Shown here: in pieces, positions 51,501 through 63,279 of the stretch | Layout: each line of letters starts with the position of its first letter | How positions within the stretch are numbered: the stretch's first letter is position 1 | Assembly (NCBI RefSeq): GCF_001194135.2 | Contig: NC_068983.1 | Location: 108,210,927-108,274,926 of the forward strand | Source: Octopus bimaculoides | Taxonomy: Eukaryota | Reading direction: 5' to 3' | DNA length: 64,000 nucleotides | Notes under the pieces: model-generated | Seen by the model: only the letters and a program-made list of their open reading frames with translations | What the model was told of the DNA's origin: nothing | Databases searched by the model: none | Translations under genes and position numbers: made by a program

Positions 51501-52005
51501 AGGAATTTAAAATAGAAGAGGAAATAATAAAAACAAATAAAAGAACAAGACAAAGAGAATACCGAAAAAAAAAACAACTACACACTTGATTAGTCAAAAT
51601 AGATGCACGGTAGTCTGTGTGTGTAATAGCTAGGTACACATGAAACATGAATCGTGTTATATCAAACAGGCACGCGATCAAGTGGCCAGTCATGACAGGG
51701 GCACTGGCGATGGATGCACAGCAGAAGCTGATGAATGGAAGGTTGCTGCGAATGCGCTAGTTCGGCTTGTCTTATATGCGTGCACTTTCTCACAAAACGT
51801 CAGTGATATCTATTCTGTATACTATAGCTGGGTACTACTCTACCAAACCTATGCTAAATGCTAATAGAATTATCTGTCCTCACAGTGTAAAATTAACTAC
51901 ACCTGCACTTGACACCGTTAACCTGTTTATCATCAGCTAAGGTATCACAGAAAGAAGACTGAAAATGATGGATGGATTAAAGATTACGAATACATACACA
52001 CACAC

Positions 52006-52070
<65 letters not shown>

Positions 52071-53127
52071 AACTTTATGAACATTTCATATCTTGACCAC
52101 CTAAGCTGAACTAACAAATTGAAAGCTATTTATCACCATCAAATATCATGTCGATAGTCGTAGACTTTCTTGTGTGTACAGATACATACATGTGTGTGTG
52201 TATATACATATATATATATATATACTAATATATATGTACATACAGATGTGTGTGTATATGTGTATAGAGGGAGGGGAGACTGTAAGATTGTTTCTGTATA
52301 ATATATGTAGGTAGCAAATTTCAATCGTCAATAGCAAAGAACCCAGTCGCAGACAAAAGATATATATTATATTATATTGTATTGTATTGTATGTATATGT
52401 GCGTGCGTGTGCTAGTTAAGGATAACAAACATGAATGCCTTGAATAGTGTGAAAGGAGAATTAATCCCAAAGTTGGTGGAGGGGAAGGAGAGAGGAATGG
52501 CACCTACCTTGACTATTGGGTGGGAAGTAGTATTTGTAATGACCGTACACAGTTTTAGAATGCTAAGCGTCTACTTGAAAATTCCTTCGCTTGATGCATG
52601 GCTCTATTGTAACGAGCTGCAGTCTAGTAGAAATCTTACACACTCTACATACATGTGTTTCTTTTCCGTGCGGGGAACCTACTCTGCATAAATAAATGAC
52701 GATGATGATGATGATTACAGTGATGGTGATAATGATGATGATTGTGGTGACGGCGGCGGTGGCGACGATAATAGTAACAGTAATAATAACAATAATAACA
52801 ATAACAATAATTGATAATGATATAAAGCTACTAATCATAACCAGTTTCCTCCTGCTAGCATCTTACTAAACAACGCTACGACAGTGTCGCAGCACCATTT
52901 CTCAAAGTCGACGGCGTGGTTTCACAAAATACTCATCTCTCACAGTCGCTCTCTCGTGAACATTTTAGATTCTGGTACAAGAAGAGGGGAAGAAAAAAAA
53001 TCAATTGTGTATAGCCTCTTGATGTGAGGGTTCCTCTTCATAGTTATCTATTAGTATATGTATGTGTTGGAATGTATATGTGTATATACAAGTGTGCGCG
53101 CGTGTCTACAGACACACACACACACAC

Positions 53128-53163
<36 letters not shown>

Positions 53164-56100
53164 AGTTAAATGAATATATAGGTATTCTCACTCGCACGCA
53201 CACAAACACACATACAAGCACGCAGATTTTTCAAGCGTGTGTATAAAGTGCTTAATGTGAGGTTTTTTTCCTTTACGTTTATCTTTTCGTTTCTTTCCGG
53301 GGGTATGTTGCGGTTAAGTATATACACTTGCGTGTATAGTAATGCCTACCACACGCTGTAAGCAAGCAGCGGCTGCAGTTCGCGTGGATATAATATTTAA
53401 ACGGTAATTGCTACTAAGCGTTAAGACAGCCAAAGCGATGCATAGAAATGGTGACGTTCGTTAGCGGTAACAAAAGACACGAAAAAAAGAAAAACAAACA
53501 CAGAAAACGGCAAACGAAAAATTATCAAAGGGAAGTTTATATTCATAACACACACAAACACATGCACGCATACACATAAATAAATATACATATGTGTGTG
53601 TGTTTGTGTTTGTTCAGTGTGGTGCTGCAGGTCCACCACAAGCCCTTCATTTTGAGACACGAGATAAGGAATAAGTGAGGGAGAGAGGGGGGTTTGAAAA
53701 ACTGATCAAAGAGGGGGGAAAAAATCACCAAATGTAGGTAGGTGTAGGGAAACGAAATAAAAAACAAACAATACTGATTATAAGTATCATCAGCAATAAC
53801 AACAACGATAAATGATAAATAACTACGATTGCGACAACAATAACAACATCATGGTTTGTACATACCTACCTAATGAGAGATTGTCAGGTGTCCCTCAGCA
53901 TATAGTGGAGAGTTGATGATCACCAAATGTAGTAGATACCCATACATATAGTGGTTGGCGGATAGAGTTGATAACGACAGCGGCAGTGACACCGGAGAAG
54001 AGGATGGTGATGATGATGTTGATTGTGGTAAATAATAATAATAATAATAATAATAATGATAATAATCCTCGAGTCTTAAGAGCCGGTTTATCGGGCAGCC
54101 AACACGACAGTGATTTCACAGGTTTTCAATTTTTTTTTTTAATATTTTTTTTTTTTTCTTTTTCCTTTTTGTAAATATGAAACAAAATGAAATAAAATAG
54201 CCAGCCAATGAATATATATATATATATATATATATATNNNNNNNNNNNNNNNNNNNNNNNNNNNNNNNNNNNNNNNNNNNNNNNNNNNNNNNNNNNNNNN
54301 NNNNNNNNNNNNNNNNNNNNNNNNNNNNNNNNNNNNNNNNNNNNNNNNNNNNNNNNNNNNNNNNNNNNNNNNNNNNNNNNNNNNNNNNNNNNNNNNNNNN
54401 NNNNNNNNNNNNNNNNNNNNNNNNNNNNNNNNNNNNNNNNNNNNNNNNNNNNNNNNNNNNNNNNNNNNNNNNNNNNNNNNNNNNNNNNNNNNNNNNNNNN
54501 NNNNNNNNNNNNNNNNNNNNNNNNNNNNNNNNNNNNNNNNNNNNNNNNNNNNNNNNNNNNNNNNNNNNNNNNNNNNNNNNNNNNNNNNNNNNNNNNNNNN
54601 NNNNNNNNNNNNNNNNNNNNNNNNNNNNNNNNNNNNNNNNNNNNNNNNNNNNNNNNNNNNNNNNNNNNNNNNNNNNNNNNNNNNNNNNNNNNNNNNNNNN
54701 NNNNNNNNNNNNNNNNNNNNNNNNNNNNNNNNNNNNNNNNNNNNNNNNNNNNNNNNNNNNNNNNNNNNNNNNNNNNNNNNNNNNNNNNNNNNNNNNNNNN
54801 NNNNNNNNNNNNNNNNNNNNNNNNNNTTTTTTTTTTTTTTTTTTTTTTCTTTTTTCAACGTAAATGCAAACAATGTGGGGATCCAAAATACGGAATAGAT
54901 GAGCGTTAAGAAAGAAAAGATAAATCAGCACTACTACAACAGCAACAACAAAAACGAAAGAAAGAAAAATTGAAAGATAAAAGATATCTGTAATGGATGT
55001 GGTGGAAAATGATAAATTTCCAGTTTGCTGTTACTATCTTTAGTCAGTCTCTGTCTTCGATCTGCTATATTCCATTGCAGTAATAGAACAACTTGTAGAT
55101 AATTTGCTTTTATATTCTAAAAATAAGTAAACCTTGTAACGTTGACACAGCTGGCTAGTTTGTTTTGAACAAGACATACTTCCCTCCTACTTTGAACCTG
55201 TAACTAGTCTCTGTCTTGGTAGATGTAATGTCCGTATGGAATGGTGCGGAGCTGTTTAACATTTCCCGCCGCAGTAATATCCTTGTAAATATACATCATA
55301 GTAGATAAAATGACTTTTTAATCTTTTCGGCAATGGAAAAACTGATACTAGGTAGTGCCTTCGTAGGCGCAGATTTCGGTAAAAATGATGTCACAGCTGA
55401 AGGCAGCCGTCACTGGGGTTAACGCAACAACTAGAATTCCTCAGCAGATATCGTTTGGGAACGGAAAACACGCTAAGGATAGCCATAAATTCTTACGTCT
55501 GTCGTGACTAGCAAGAGCAGAAAAATGTAGTAGTTTCATCTTTTGACTGGATAAATAGACCTACATTCATGTTGGGTATACTATTATTTAAAACTATAGA
55601 CGAAACGGATATTTCCATCAACATCTAAATATCTCCATTCGAACGTATCGATACAGAATGAATTACCAACCACGGAAATTTAATCGGTGTGGCTTATATG
55701 TATACATGCGTATGTGTGTGTGCATATACATGCGTGTGTCTGTGTGTCTCGTAATGTGTGTTTTTAGAAAGGTTTCATTTTCATGCTAAGTATGGTTTTA
55801 ATTATATTCGTTTGTAAACAGAAAAAAAGCTGGAAATGGGTGGGCGGCGCGAAAGCATGTTCAGTCGTATCAAACCCTGACAATAAAAATAACTTAACAT
55901 GCAATGTTAAATATTCTCTGAAAAATATCAACAGTTATCGGTGTTTGTTTAACATTAATCTTTTCTATTGTCATGTCTCAGCTTTCAATATCCATTGATT
56001 CTCCTCCAACACTGTCGTCCTTACTTCTAATACAAAAACAGTTCAATATATGTTTCAATAACTAATATCTGTCTTGTTTATTTGTTGTGAAATGCTTCTA

Positions 56101-56300
56101 TTTGGAATGTTTTTTGAATGGAAAAAAATATTTCATTTATCAAATAAAGAATGAATGAATATTTATCCTCATGTGAAGAACTTTCAGTCTTAAAACTATT
56201 TAACAAGCTTATTAGACTTAAAGCCTTTAACCTAAGCTATGAATGACTTAATTCTCAAGTCTCCTTTTGGCACAGCAGGTCACTTGTTAATTACACTCCA
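48600..56300. promoter_or_regulatory. CpG-retaining (probably unmethylated) domain, putative promoter / 5' gene region
   Basis: Rough hand count gives about 25 CpG/kb at 49.0-50.5 kb versus about 5/kb in the first kb. Contains YY1+ETS-like (49926-49940) and E2F-like TTTCCCGC (about 55262-55269) motifs. Confidence 0.45.
49926..49940 (+). promoter_or_regulatory. Overlapping YY1-like (AAGATGGCGG) and ETS-like (CGGAAGTG) motifs
   Basis: The sequence aaagatggcggaagtg lies within the CpG-retaining domain. Confidence 0.35.
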
Positions 56301-56469
56301 CTTGACCGACATCGAACATTCCGATTCTTCAGCTTTATAAAACCAATCCTGATTGATTTGGGTCTTTAAGTGGTCAAGAGGTGCGTCAGTAAATGTGTGA
56401 AGAAGTGAATCTCCTATATTTTTCCCCACCATTTATCTCTTACCACCTAACTTCTTTACTATTTTAAAT

Positions 56470-57385
56470 CTTAATGGTTCGCTGGGAATGCATTTCACCA
56501 TTCCAGGGTCAATTAAATAAAGTACTAGTCAAGTACTCAGGTTGATATAATCAACTAACCCTTTTCCTCAAAATAACTGGCCTTGTACCAAAATTAGAAA
56601 TCACTTTTATAAGGGGTGGCAAATTGGCAACATGGATAGAGAGTTGGAAAAACACTCAATACTTTGTAACATCTGTTCCAGCTCTTTGCATTCTGAGTTC
56701 AGTCCTTCCAAGGTCAACTTCGCTTTTCATCCATTCAAAGTTGATAAAATAAGGTACCGGTCAAGTACTTACGTCAGCATAATTGACTAACCCCTTACCT
56801 CAAATTTGCTGGCTTTATAAGGCTTATTTTATAAAGGCTGTGAGCTGGCAGAAAATTGCTAGAGTGCCCGAAAAATTGTTTTGCAGGACTGGTTTCAAAT
56901 CTTTAGATTATGAGTTCAAAGACTGCCAAGACTATCTTTTCTCTTGGGTTGATTAAATATATTTACCAGTCAAATACTAGAGTCTATGCTATTAACTAAA
57001 CCTTCCCCTTATGCCTAAACTAGAAAAACCTAGCTGAATCATTAGAGTGTCAGACAAAAGAGACCTGGTTAAATTTCTTCTGGCTTTTCATATTCCAAGT
57101 TCAAATCTTACCAAGGTCAGTTTTGTTTTTCATCCTTTCGGGGTTGATAGGGTCAATGTCACTGGCTTACCCCTCACTCAAAATTGTGACTAAATTAGAA
57201 AATCATTATTTTTAGGTCAGTGATAAAATTTGAGTTCAAATACTGCTGAAGTCACAACTTTGGCCTTAATTCTTTTTTTCTTTTTGTGGGGTGTGGTAAT
57301 AAAGCAAGTACCAGTAATATACAGGGCTTCGATTTAATTGACATCTCAACCAAAAACGTATGGCTTTGTTCCAAATTTTAAATAA
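56470..57385 (+). mobile_element. Head-to-tail cluster of about five degenerate Nin/Inv-core SINEs
   Basis: Repeated gagttca(a)..caaggtcaact..ttcatcc..gttgataaaata..gtacc blocks at about 56470, 56611, 56833, 57030 and 57215. Confidence 0.75.
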
Positions 57386-57517
57386 TCATTGGTAGACATG
57401 ATACTATAATCTGCAGCCTAGTTTTGAGTCTTGAATGAAATGGTTTCATTTCTGCCTTCCTTTAAACAAGCATAAACACAAAAATCTCTCATTTCTCCTC
57501 CGCAATTTATTTAATAC

Positions 57518-57690
57518 GGCTGTGTAGTAAGAAGTGTGCTTCCCAACCACATGGTTTTGAGTTCAGCCCACTGCATGGCATCTTGGGCAAGTATCTTCTA
57601 CAATAGCCCCAAACCAACCAAAGTTTTATGACTGGATTTCATAGACGGAAAATGAAAGAAGCCCATTGTGTGTGTGTGTGTGTGTATTTT
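57518..57690 (+). mobile_element. tRNA-derived SINE (GGCTGTGTGGTAAG family) with (TG)n tail
   Basis: ggctgtgtagtaagaagtgtgcttcccaaccacatggttttgagttcagccc..gaaagaagccc. Confidence 0.8.
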
Positions 57691-58074
57691 TTTACTTGTT
57701 TCAGTTTCATGAATGTAGTTATACTGGGGCATTGCCTTTAAGAATTTTTTGTCAAATAATCCCAGTACTTTTTTTTTAAAGCCTGGTACTTATATTATTG
57801 GTCTTTTTTGCCAAACCACTAAGTCATGAGGATGTGAACACACCAGGACTGGTTGTCAAGCAGTGGTAGGGGCCAAACACACACACACACATACACATAT
57901 CTATATGATGGACCTCCTTCAGTTTGTGTCTACCAAATCCACTCACAAGGGTTTGGCCAGCCTGATACTGTAATAGAAGATACGTGCCCAAGGTGCCATG
58001 CAGTGGGACTGAGCCTGAGCCATGTGGTAGGTAAGCAAGCTTCTTATCATACGTCACACCTGTGCCATGTATGT

Positions 58075-58450
58075 ATCATCATCATCATCAACATCATTTA
58101 ACGTCCGTTGTCCATACTGGCATGGGTTGGACAGTTTTAATGGGCTGGCATGCTGGAAGGCTGTGCTAGGCTCCAGTCTGATTTGGCTTGGTTTTCTACA
58201 GCTGGATACCCTTCCTAACGCCAACCACTTTGAAAGTGTAATGGGTGCGTTTACATGCCACCAGCACAGGTGCCATTTGCATGACACTGGTATCTGCCAT
58301 GACTGTGATTTTGCTCAGCTTGATGGGTCTTCTTCTCAATCACAACATAATGTCAACGGTCTTGGTCATTGCCTCTGTGAGGCCCAACACTTGAAAGGAA
58401 CTTGGCCACTTGCTTCCATGAGGCCCAGCACTCGAAAGGAACTCAGCCAT
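58075..58450 (-). mobile_element. Older RTE-tail retroposon copy with remnant of the RTE ORF end
   Basis: catcatcaacatcatttaacgtccg..ggataccttcctaacgccaacc matches 29771-29911; the gaggccca repeats correspond to the RTE C-terminus. Confidence 0.7.
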
Positions 58451-58475
58451 ATATATACACACACTTATATATTAT

Positions 58476-58640
58476 CAGGGCTGCCTCAAGGTACCGGCAG
58501 TTCAGGTAGTCGCCCAGGGCACCATGTGCTGGAAGGGGTAGGGTGCGCAAGGAAATTTCCATGGCTGTCAGCTTGTACACACTGAAGTTCAGCTTGCCAG
58601 GACAAAGTTCAGGATGCCAGCAACCCTAGGGCCAGCCCTG
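58476..58640. mobile_element. 165-bp hAT-type MITE
   Basis: Termini CAGGGCTG...CAGCCCTG; perfect 8-bp target duplication TATATTAT at 58468-58475 and 58641-58648. Confidence 0.9.
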
Positions 58641-58789
58641 TATATTATATATGTAGGGTTAAAATCCAGAGTGTGTCCTCTTGAAGTACATCTGCTTTTT
58701 CCAGTATTACAATCCAGCCTGTAGTTATTGTCATTATTGCATTGATGTGAGTTGAAGATTCTGGAATTATTGTTTACAAAGTTATCATA

Positions 58790-58978
58790 TAAAAAAAGAA
58801 ACAGGAATCTGGAAAATTTTCTGGTATTATTTATTCACCATTACACATGTTTCATTTGCTAATAGGAATCACAGAATTGCACACGTTGGATGTTTACCCA
58901 ACAAGTACGATTCTGTGATTCCTATTAGCAAATGAAACATATGTAATGGTGAATACAGATTCCTGTTTTGTTTTTTTT
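58790..58978. repeat. Long near-perfect inverted repeat (fold-back)
   Basis: Arms 58832-58877 and 58910-58955 (45/46 complementary), plus outer arms acaggaatctg/cagattcctgt. Confidence 0.9.
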
Positions 58979-59655
58979 TATATCTCTCTTATCTCTTTTA
59001 CATGTTTCAGTGACTAGACTGCTGCCATGCAAAGGGCACCACCTTGAATTTTTAGTCGAATGAATTGATCCCTGTAGTCATTTATATATCTTTTTAAAAC
59101 CTGGTACTTATACTGTCTGTCTTATGGGGACATAGACATGCCAACACCAGTTGTCAAATAATGATGGGGGACAAACGCAGACACAAAGACACACATACAC
59201 AAATATATACAACAAGCTTCTTTCAGCTTCTGGCTACCAAATCTATTCACCAGGCTTTGGTGGGCCCCAAGGCTATAGTAGAAGACACTTGTCCAAGGTG
59301 CCACACAGTGTATATATATGTGTGTGCATGCAAGCATGTATGCATGTATGTGTGTGTCACTGTGTCTTTACCTTGATGTCATATGCTAGTTGTAAATGAA
59401 TGTCACTGTCGTGCAAGCAGTGTCATTTGTTTCTAGTCTTTTGTGTAAACATGTCTGGTCACAGGTAATATTACCATACTTGGAAGCAGGTGGTGGTTGG
59501 TGACAGGAAAGGCATCCAGCAAAAAAAAAAAAAAAANNNNNNNNNNAAAAAAAAAAAAAAAAAATCGCCTCAACGAACTGTGTTCAAACACATGCAAGCA
59601 TGGAAATGTGATTGTTAAATGACGATGATGATGATGGTGAGATGATGACGATGCT

Positions 59656-59689
<34 letters not shown>

Positions 59690-59832
59690 ACGACGATGAC
59701 AATGATGTTGATGATGATGATGAGATTATGCTTAATTAAGACCAAATATTTTTATCTATTGGCACAAAATTGTATTTTGTGCTGATGTTGCGAACCAAGT
59801 ACATCTGGTCATTATTGTTCATCATCAGCAAT

Positions 59833-59866
<34 letters not shown>

Positions 59867-60080
59867 CTATCATCCTCCTCACCAACATCATCGTTGTTTC
59901 TACTATTCTATTCTGACGTGGGTCATGCAGTATTCTTCATGGAGGTAGATTGTTTATGGCTTGCTGCCCCAACTCTGTCACTAACCCTTACTTGTTTCCA
60001 AGCAACATAATATTTCCCCATGACTGAATGTGTTTTCATGGAAGATTAGATGATGAAAACACTTGCTTACAAGTGTCACC

Positions 60081-60466
60081 GGAGGCGCAATGGCCCAGTG
60101 GTTAGAGCAGCGGACTCGCGGTCATAGGATTGCGGTTTCGATTCCCAGAGCGGACGTTGTGAGTGTTTATTGAGTAAAAACACCTAAAGCTCCACGAGGC
60201 TCCGGCAGGGGATGGTGGCGAACCCTGCTGTACTCTTTCACCACAACTTTCTCTCACTCTTTCTTCCTGTTTCTGTTGTACCTGTATTTCAAAGGGTCAG
60301 CCTTGTCACACTGTGTCACGCTGAATATCCCCGAGAACTAACGTTAAGGGTACACTTGTCTGTGGAGTGCTCAGCCACTTGCACGTTAATTTCACGAGCA
60401 GGCTGTTCCGTTGATTGGATCAACTGGAACCCTTGACGTCGTAAGCGACGGAGTGCCAACAACAAA
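60081..60466 (+). mobile_element. Full-length young tRNA-derived SINE with 12-bp target-site duplication
   Basis: Head ggaggcgcaatggcccagtggttagagcagcggactcgcggtc..ggtttcgattccc (A and B boxes), (AAC)n tail, TSD acaagtgtcacc at 60069-60080 and 60467-60478. Confidence 0.92.
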
Positions 60467-60659
60467 ACAAGTGTCACCTGATATGAAACAGAGTTCCATC
60501 TCATACTCATATATATATACACACACACATAAACACACACACACATATACATACATGTATACACACATGCACACATATATACACACACACACATATATAC
60601 ACACACACACATATACATGTGTATAATGTGTGTGTGTGTATATAAATATATTTTGTGTG

Positions 60660-60985
60660 GACCACTCAGTTGGTTATGACAATGAGGGTCCCAGCTGATA
60701 CGATCAACGGACCAGGTTGTTTGTGAAATTGACGTGTAAGTGGCTGAGTACTCCACAGACACATGTACCCTTAACGTAGTTGTCAGGGAGATTCAGCGTG
60801 ACACAGAATGTGACAAGACTAGCCCTTTGAAATACACGTACTACTCAATTTAGCCAGCTGAGTGGATTGGGGCAACATGAAATAAAGTGTCTTGCTTAAG
60901 GGCACAATGTGCTGCCAGGAATTGAACTCAGACCTTATGATCATGAGCTGAATGCCCTAACCACTAAGCTACGCAACTTCACCAC
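60660..60985 (-). mobile_element. tRNA-derived SINE sharing its 3' tail with the 60081 element, in opposite orientation
   Basis: Reverse complement has a head gcgtagcttagtggttagggcattcagctcatgatc..gagttcaattcctgg and a 3' region about 80% similar by eye to 60284-60445. Confidence 0.85.
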
Positions 60986-60986
60986 C

Positions 60987-61026
<40 letters not shown>

Positions 61027-61238
61027 GTGTGTGTGTATACATACATACACACATGCACACATACACACACACAAACACATGTGATGGGCTTTTTTCAGTT
61101 TCTGTTTACCATAATCCACTTAAAAGGCTCTCCTATAATATAAACATATACATGTATATACTTATATACTTACATATATATAGATGTATATGCAAACATA
61201 CATATATATGTACATATATATATGCACATATATATATA

Positions 61239-61325
<87 letters not shown>

Positions 61326-61326
<1 letters not shown>

Positions 61327-61546
61327 GGGTGTGCAAATCCAATGGGGGTCTTAAAAGATATGTTAGGATCCACAATGAGCAGAACTTACTTGCAGGTATT
61401 GGTAGTGCAAACCAGAGGTGCAATCTGTGTGGGTGATTTTTTCAAAACACTGTCTGGTTTAAAAAGCCACATCAGACGCCATGAAAGGGCTAAGGTGTAG
61501 GTGCAGGAGGTGGTCAAACTCTGTTTAAGGAGTAGACAACCACCAT
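61326..61546 (+). mobile_element. 5'-truncated LINE 3' end (RTE-like) encoding two C2H2-type fingers, inserted in a (TA)n tract
   Basis: [16 protein letters not shown] and CNLCG-(frameshift)[15 protein letters not shown], followed by a stop and a short 3' UTR. Confidence 0.65.
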
Positions 61547-62157
61547 ATATATATACACGTACATATTTACATATAGGTGTGTATATATATGTACATATTT
61601 ACATATATATATGTGTGTACATATTTACATATAGGTGTATGTATATATATATATATATATAAACTTACTATTCACAAAAGTCGCGATGCGTGATGTTCAG
61701 TTGCTCAATAAATGAAAAATGTATTAAATACTACAAAACGTACACATAGGACAGACACAGAAAGATCTTAATTCTTCATCAGTTATTGACCAAAAATACT
61801 AATACTCAGTTTCATACCTTTAGTGATACGACTGAGAACTTTGTATATCAGTAGCACCTGCAAGATTTGGGTAAGAATTAGGGCTCAAGCAAACAAGACA
61901 ATACAGGGTGGATGTACGAAAGTAAGCAAATGTAATTTGAAACAATAAACAAAGACATACATATGTATAGATGTATGTATATGTGTGTGTATGTTTGTGT
62001 GTGCATATTTACACGCACACACACACACACACACACACTCACTTATTGAGTGTGTACACCTATACCACCTTCGTTTTGGGATCACCAGTACTTTATTACA
62101 TATACACAAGTATAAATAAATATATATACATATACATATATGTATTATATATACATC

Positions 62158-62235
<78 letters not shown>

Positions 62236-62313
62236 CATAGACACACGCAGGCACACACACACGCTCACACACATGGACACACACTCACACATGCACACAT
62301 ACACACACATTAA

Positions 62314-62870
62314 TAAGTTTGAAAATGGAATGATTCATTGGATATAAATTAATTAACATTGCCTACATTTGTTTCACTTCACACCCAATTTAAATTACAA
62401 AACATATATAATAATATAAGTTTGCATTTTATGTATCCTGGGTGGAAAATCTTCAGGGCAAAATGGACATTACAGAGTTTACATTTTGTTCAATTGGAAT
62501 TCTCCAACAGACTATTTATTTAATCTTTATTTTATTTATCTATTATTATTAATATATTTCATTCTTTTCATTATTTATTATTATTCTTTATTTTTATACT
62601 TTATTTTTATTCTTGTATACTTTAATTCATTATTTATATTATTGTTATTATTATTATTATTGTATTTAAACAAAAATTAAGATATTAATACATGCACACA
62701 CACACACACACATACATACAATAAGCACGCTTTCATCTGCTTAGTCTGTTGGAGTATTTCAACTGATCAATTTGTAATTTAAATTGGGTGTGAAGTGAAA
62801 CAATTGTAGGCAATCTTAATTAATTAATGAATTAGTTTATATCCATTGAATCTCTCCATTTTCAAACTTA
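62314..62870. mobile_element. Fold-back/MITE-like element with about 90-100 bp imperfect terminal inverted arms
   Basis: taagtttgaaaatgga..ttaacattgcctacatttgtttcacttcacacccaatttaaattacaaa versus its reverse complement at 62772-62870; the inner 48 bp have 2 mismatches. Confidence 0.75.
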
Positions 62871-62929
62871 ATAATATTTGATGTTTTATAATGTATTTAT
62901 CGAAGAAATATCTTCAAAATGTAATATAT

Positions 62930-63232
62930 TAAACCAGGGTGACTTGTGCACAGCCGGTCCCTGTCATAGAGAGGATTGGCTTCCAAGAGTCCTGTGCTGG
63001 TGCCACATAAAAAGCACTTGTGCCAGTACCATGTTATGGAGCCTATGCAGTGCCATGTGAAAGCACCCAGTACACTCTGTAAAGTGGTCAGCATTAGGAA
63101 GGGCATCTAGACATAAAAACCATGCCAAATCATACTGGAGCTTGGAGCAACTTTCTACCATGGCAACTCTGGTCAAACCATCCAATCTATGCCAGCATGG
63201 ACAACAGACATTAAATGACAATGATGATGATA
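62930..63232 (+). mobile_element. Degenerate RTE-tail SINE copy
   Basis: gccacataaaaagcac..ttaggaagggcatc..ccagcatggacaacagacattaaatgac matches the family tail. Confidence 0.7.
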
Positions 63233-63237
63233 ATACA

Positions 63238-63279
<42 letters not shown>

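Noticed and set aside
54116-54931. ORFs of 233-271 aa
   Set aside because: Almost entirely the 589-N gap (54238-54826) plus flanking homopolymers.
55334-55510. Short ORFs in the CpG-rich 55.3-55.5 kb segment (MEKLILGSAF.., MMSQLKAAV..)
   Set aside because: Under about 45 codons, no recognisable homology, and strand and start cannot be decided from sequence alone.
60081-60156. tRNA-like sequence with A and B boxes
   Set aside because: It is the head of a SINE: it continues into a SINE body and tail and is bounded by a 12-bp TSD, and the acceptor stem does not pair.
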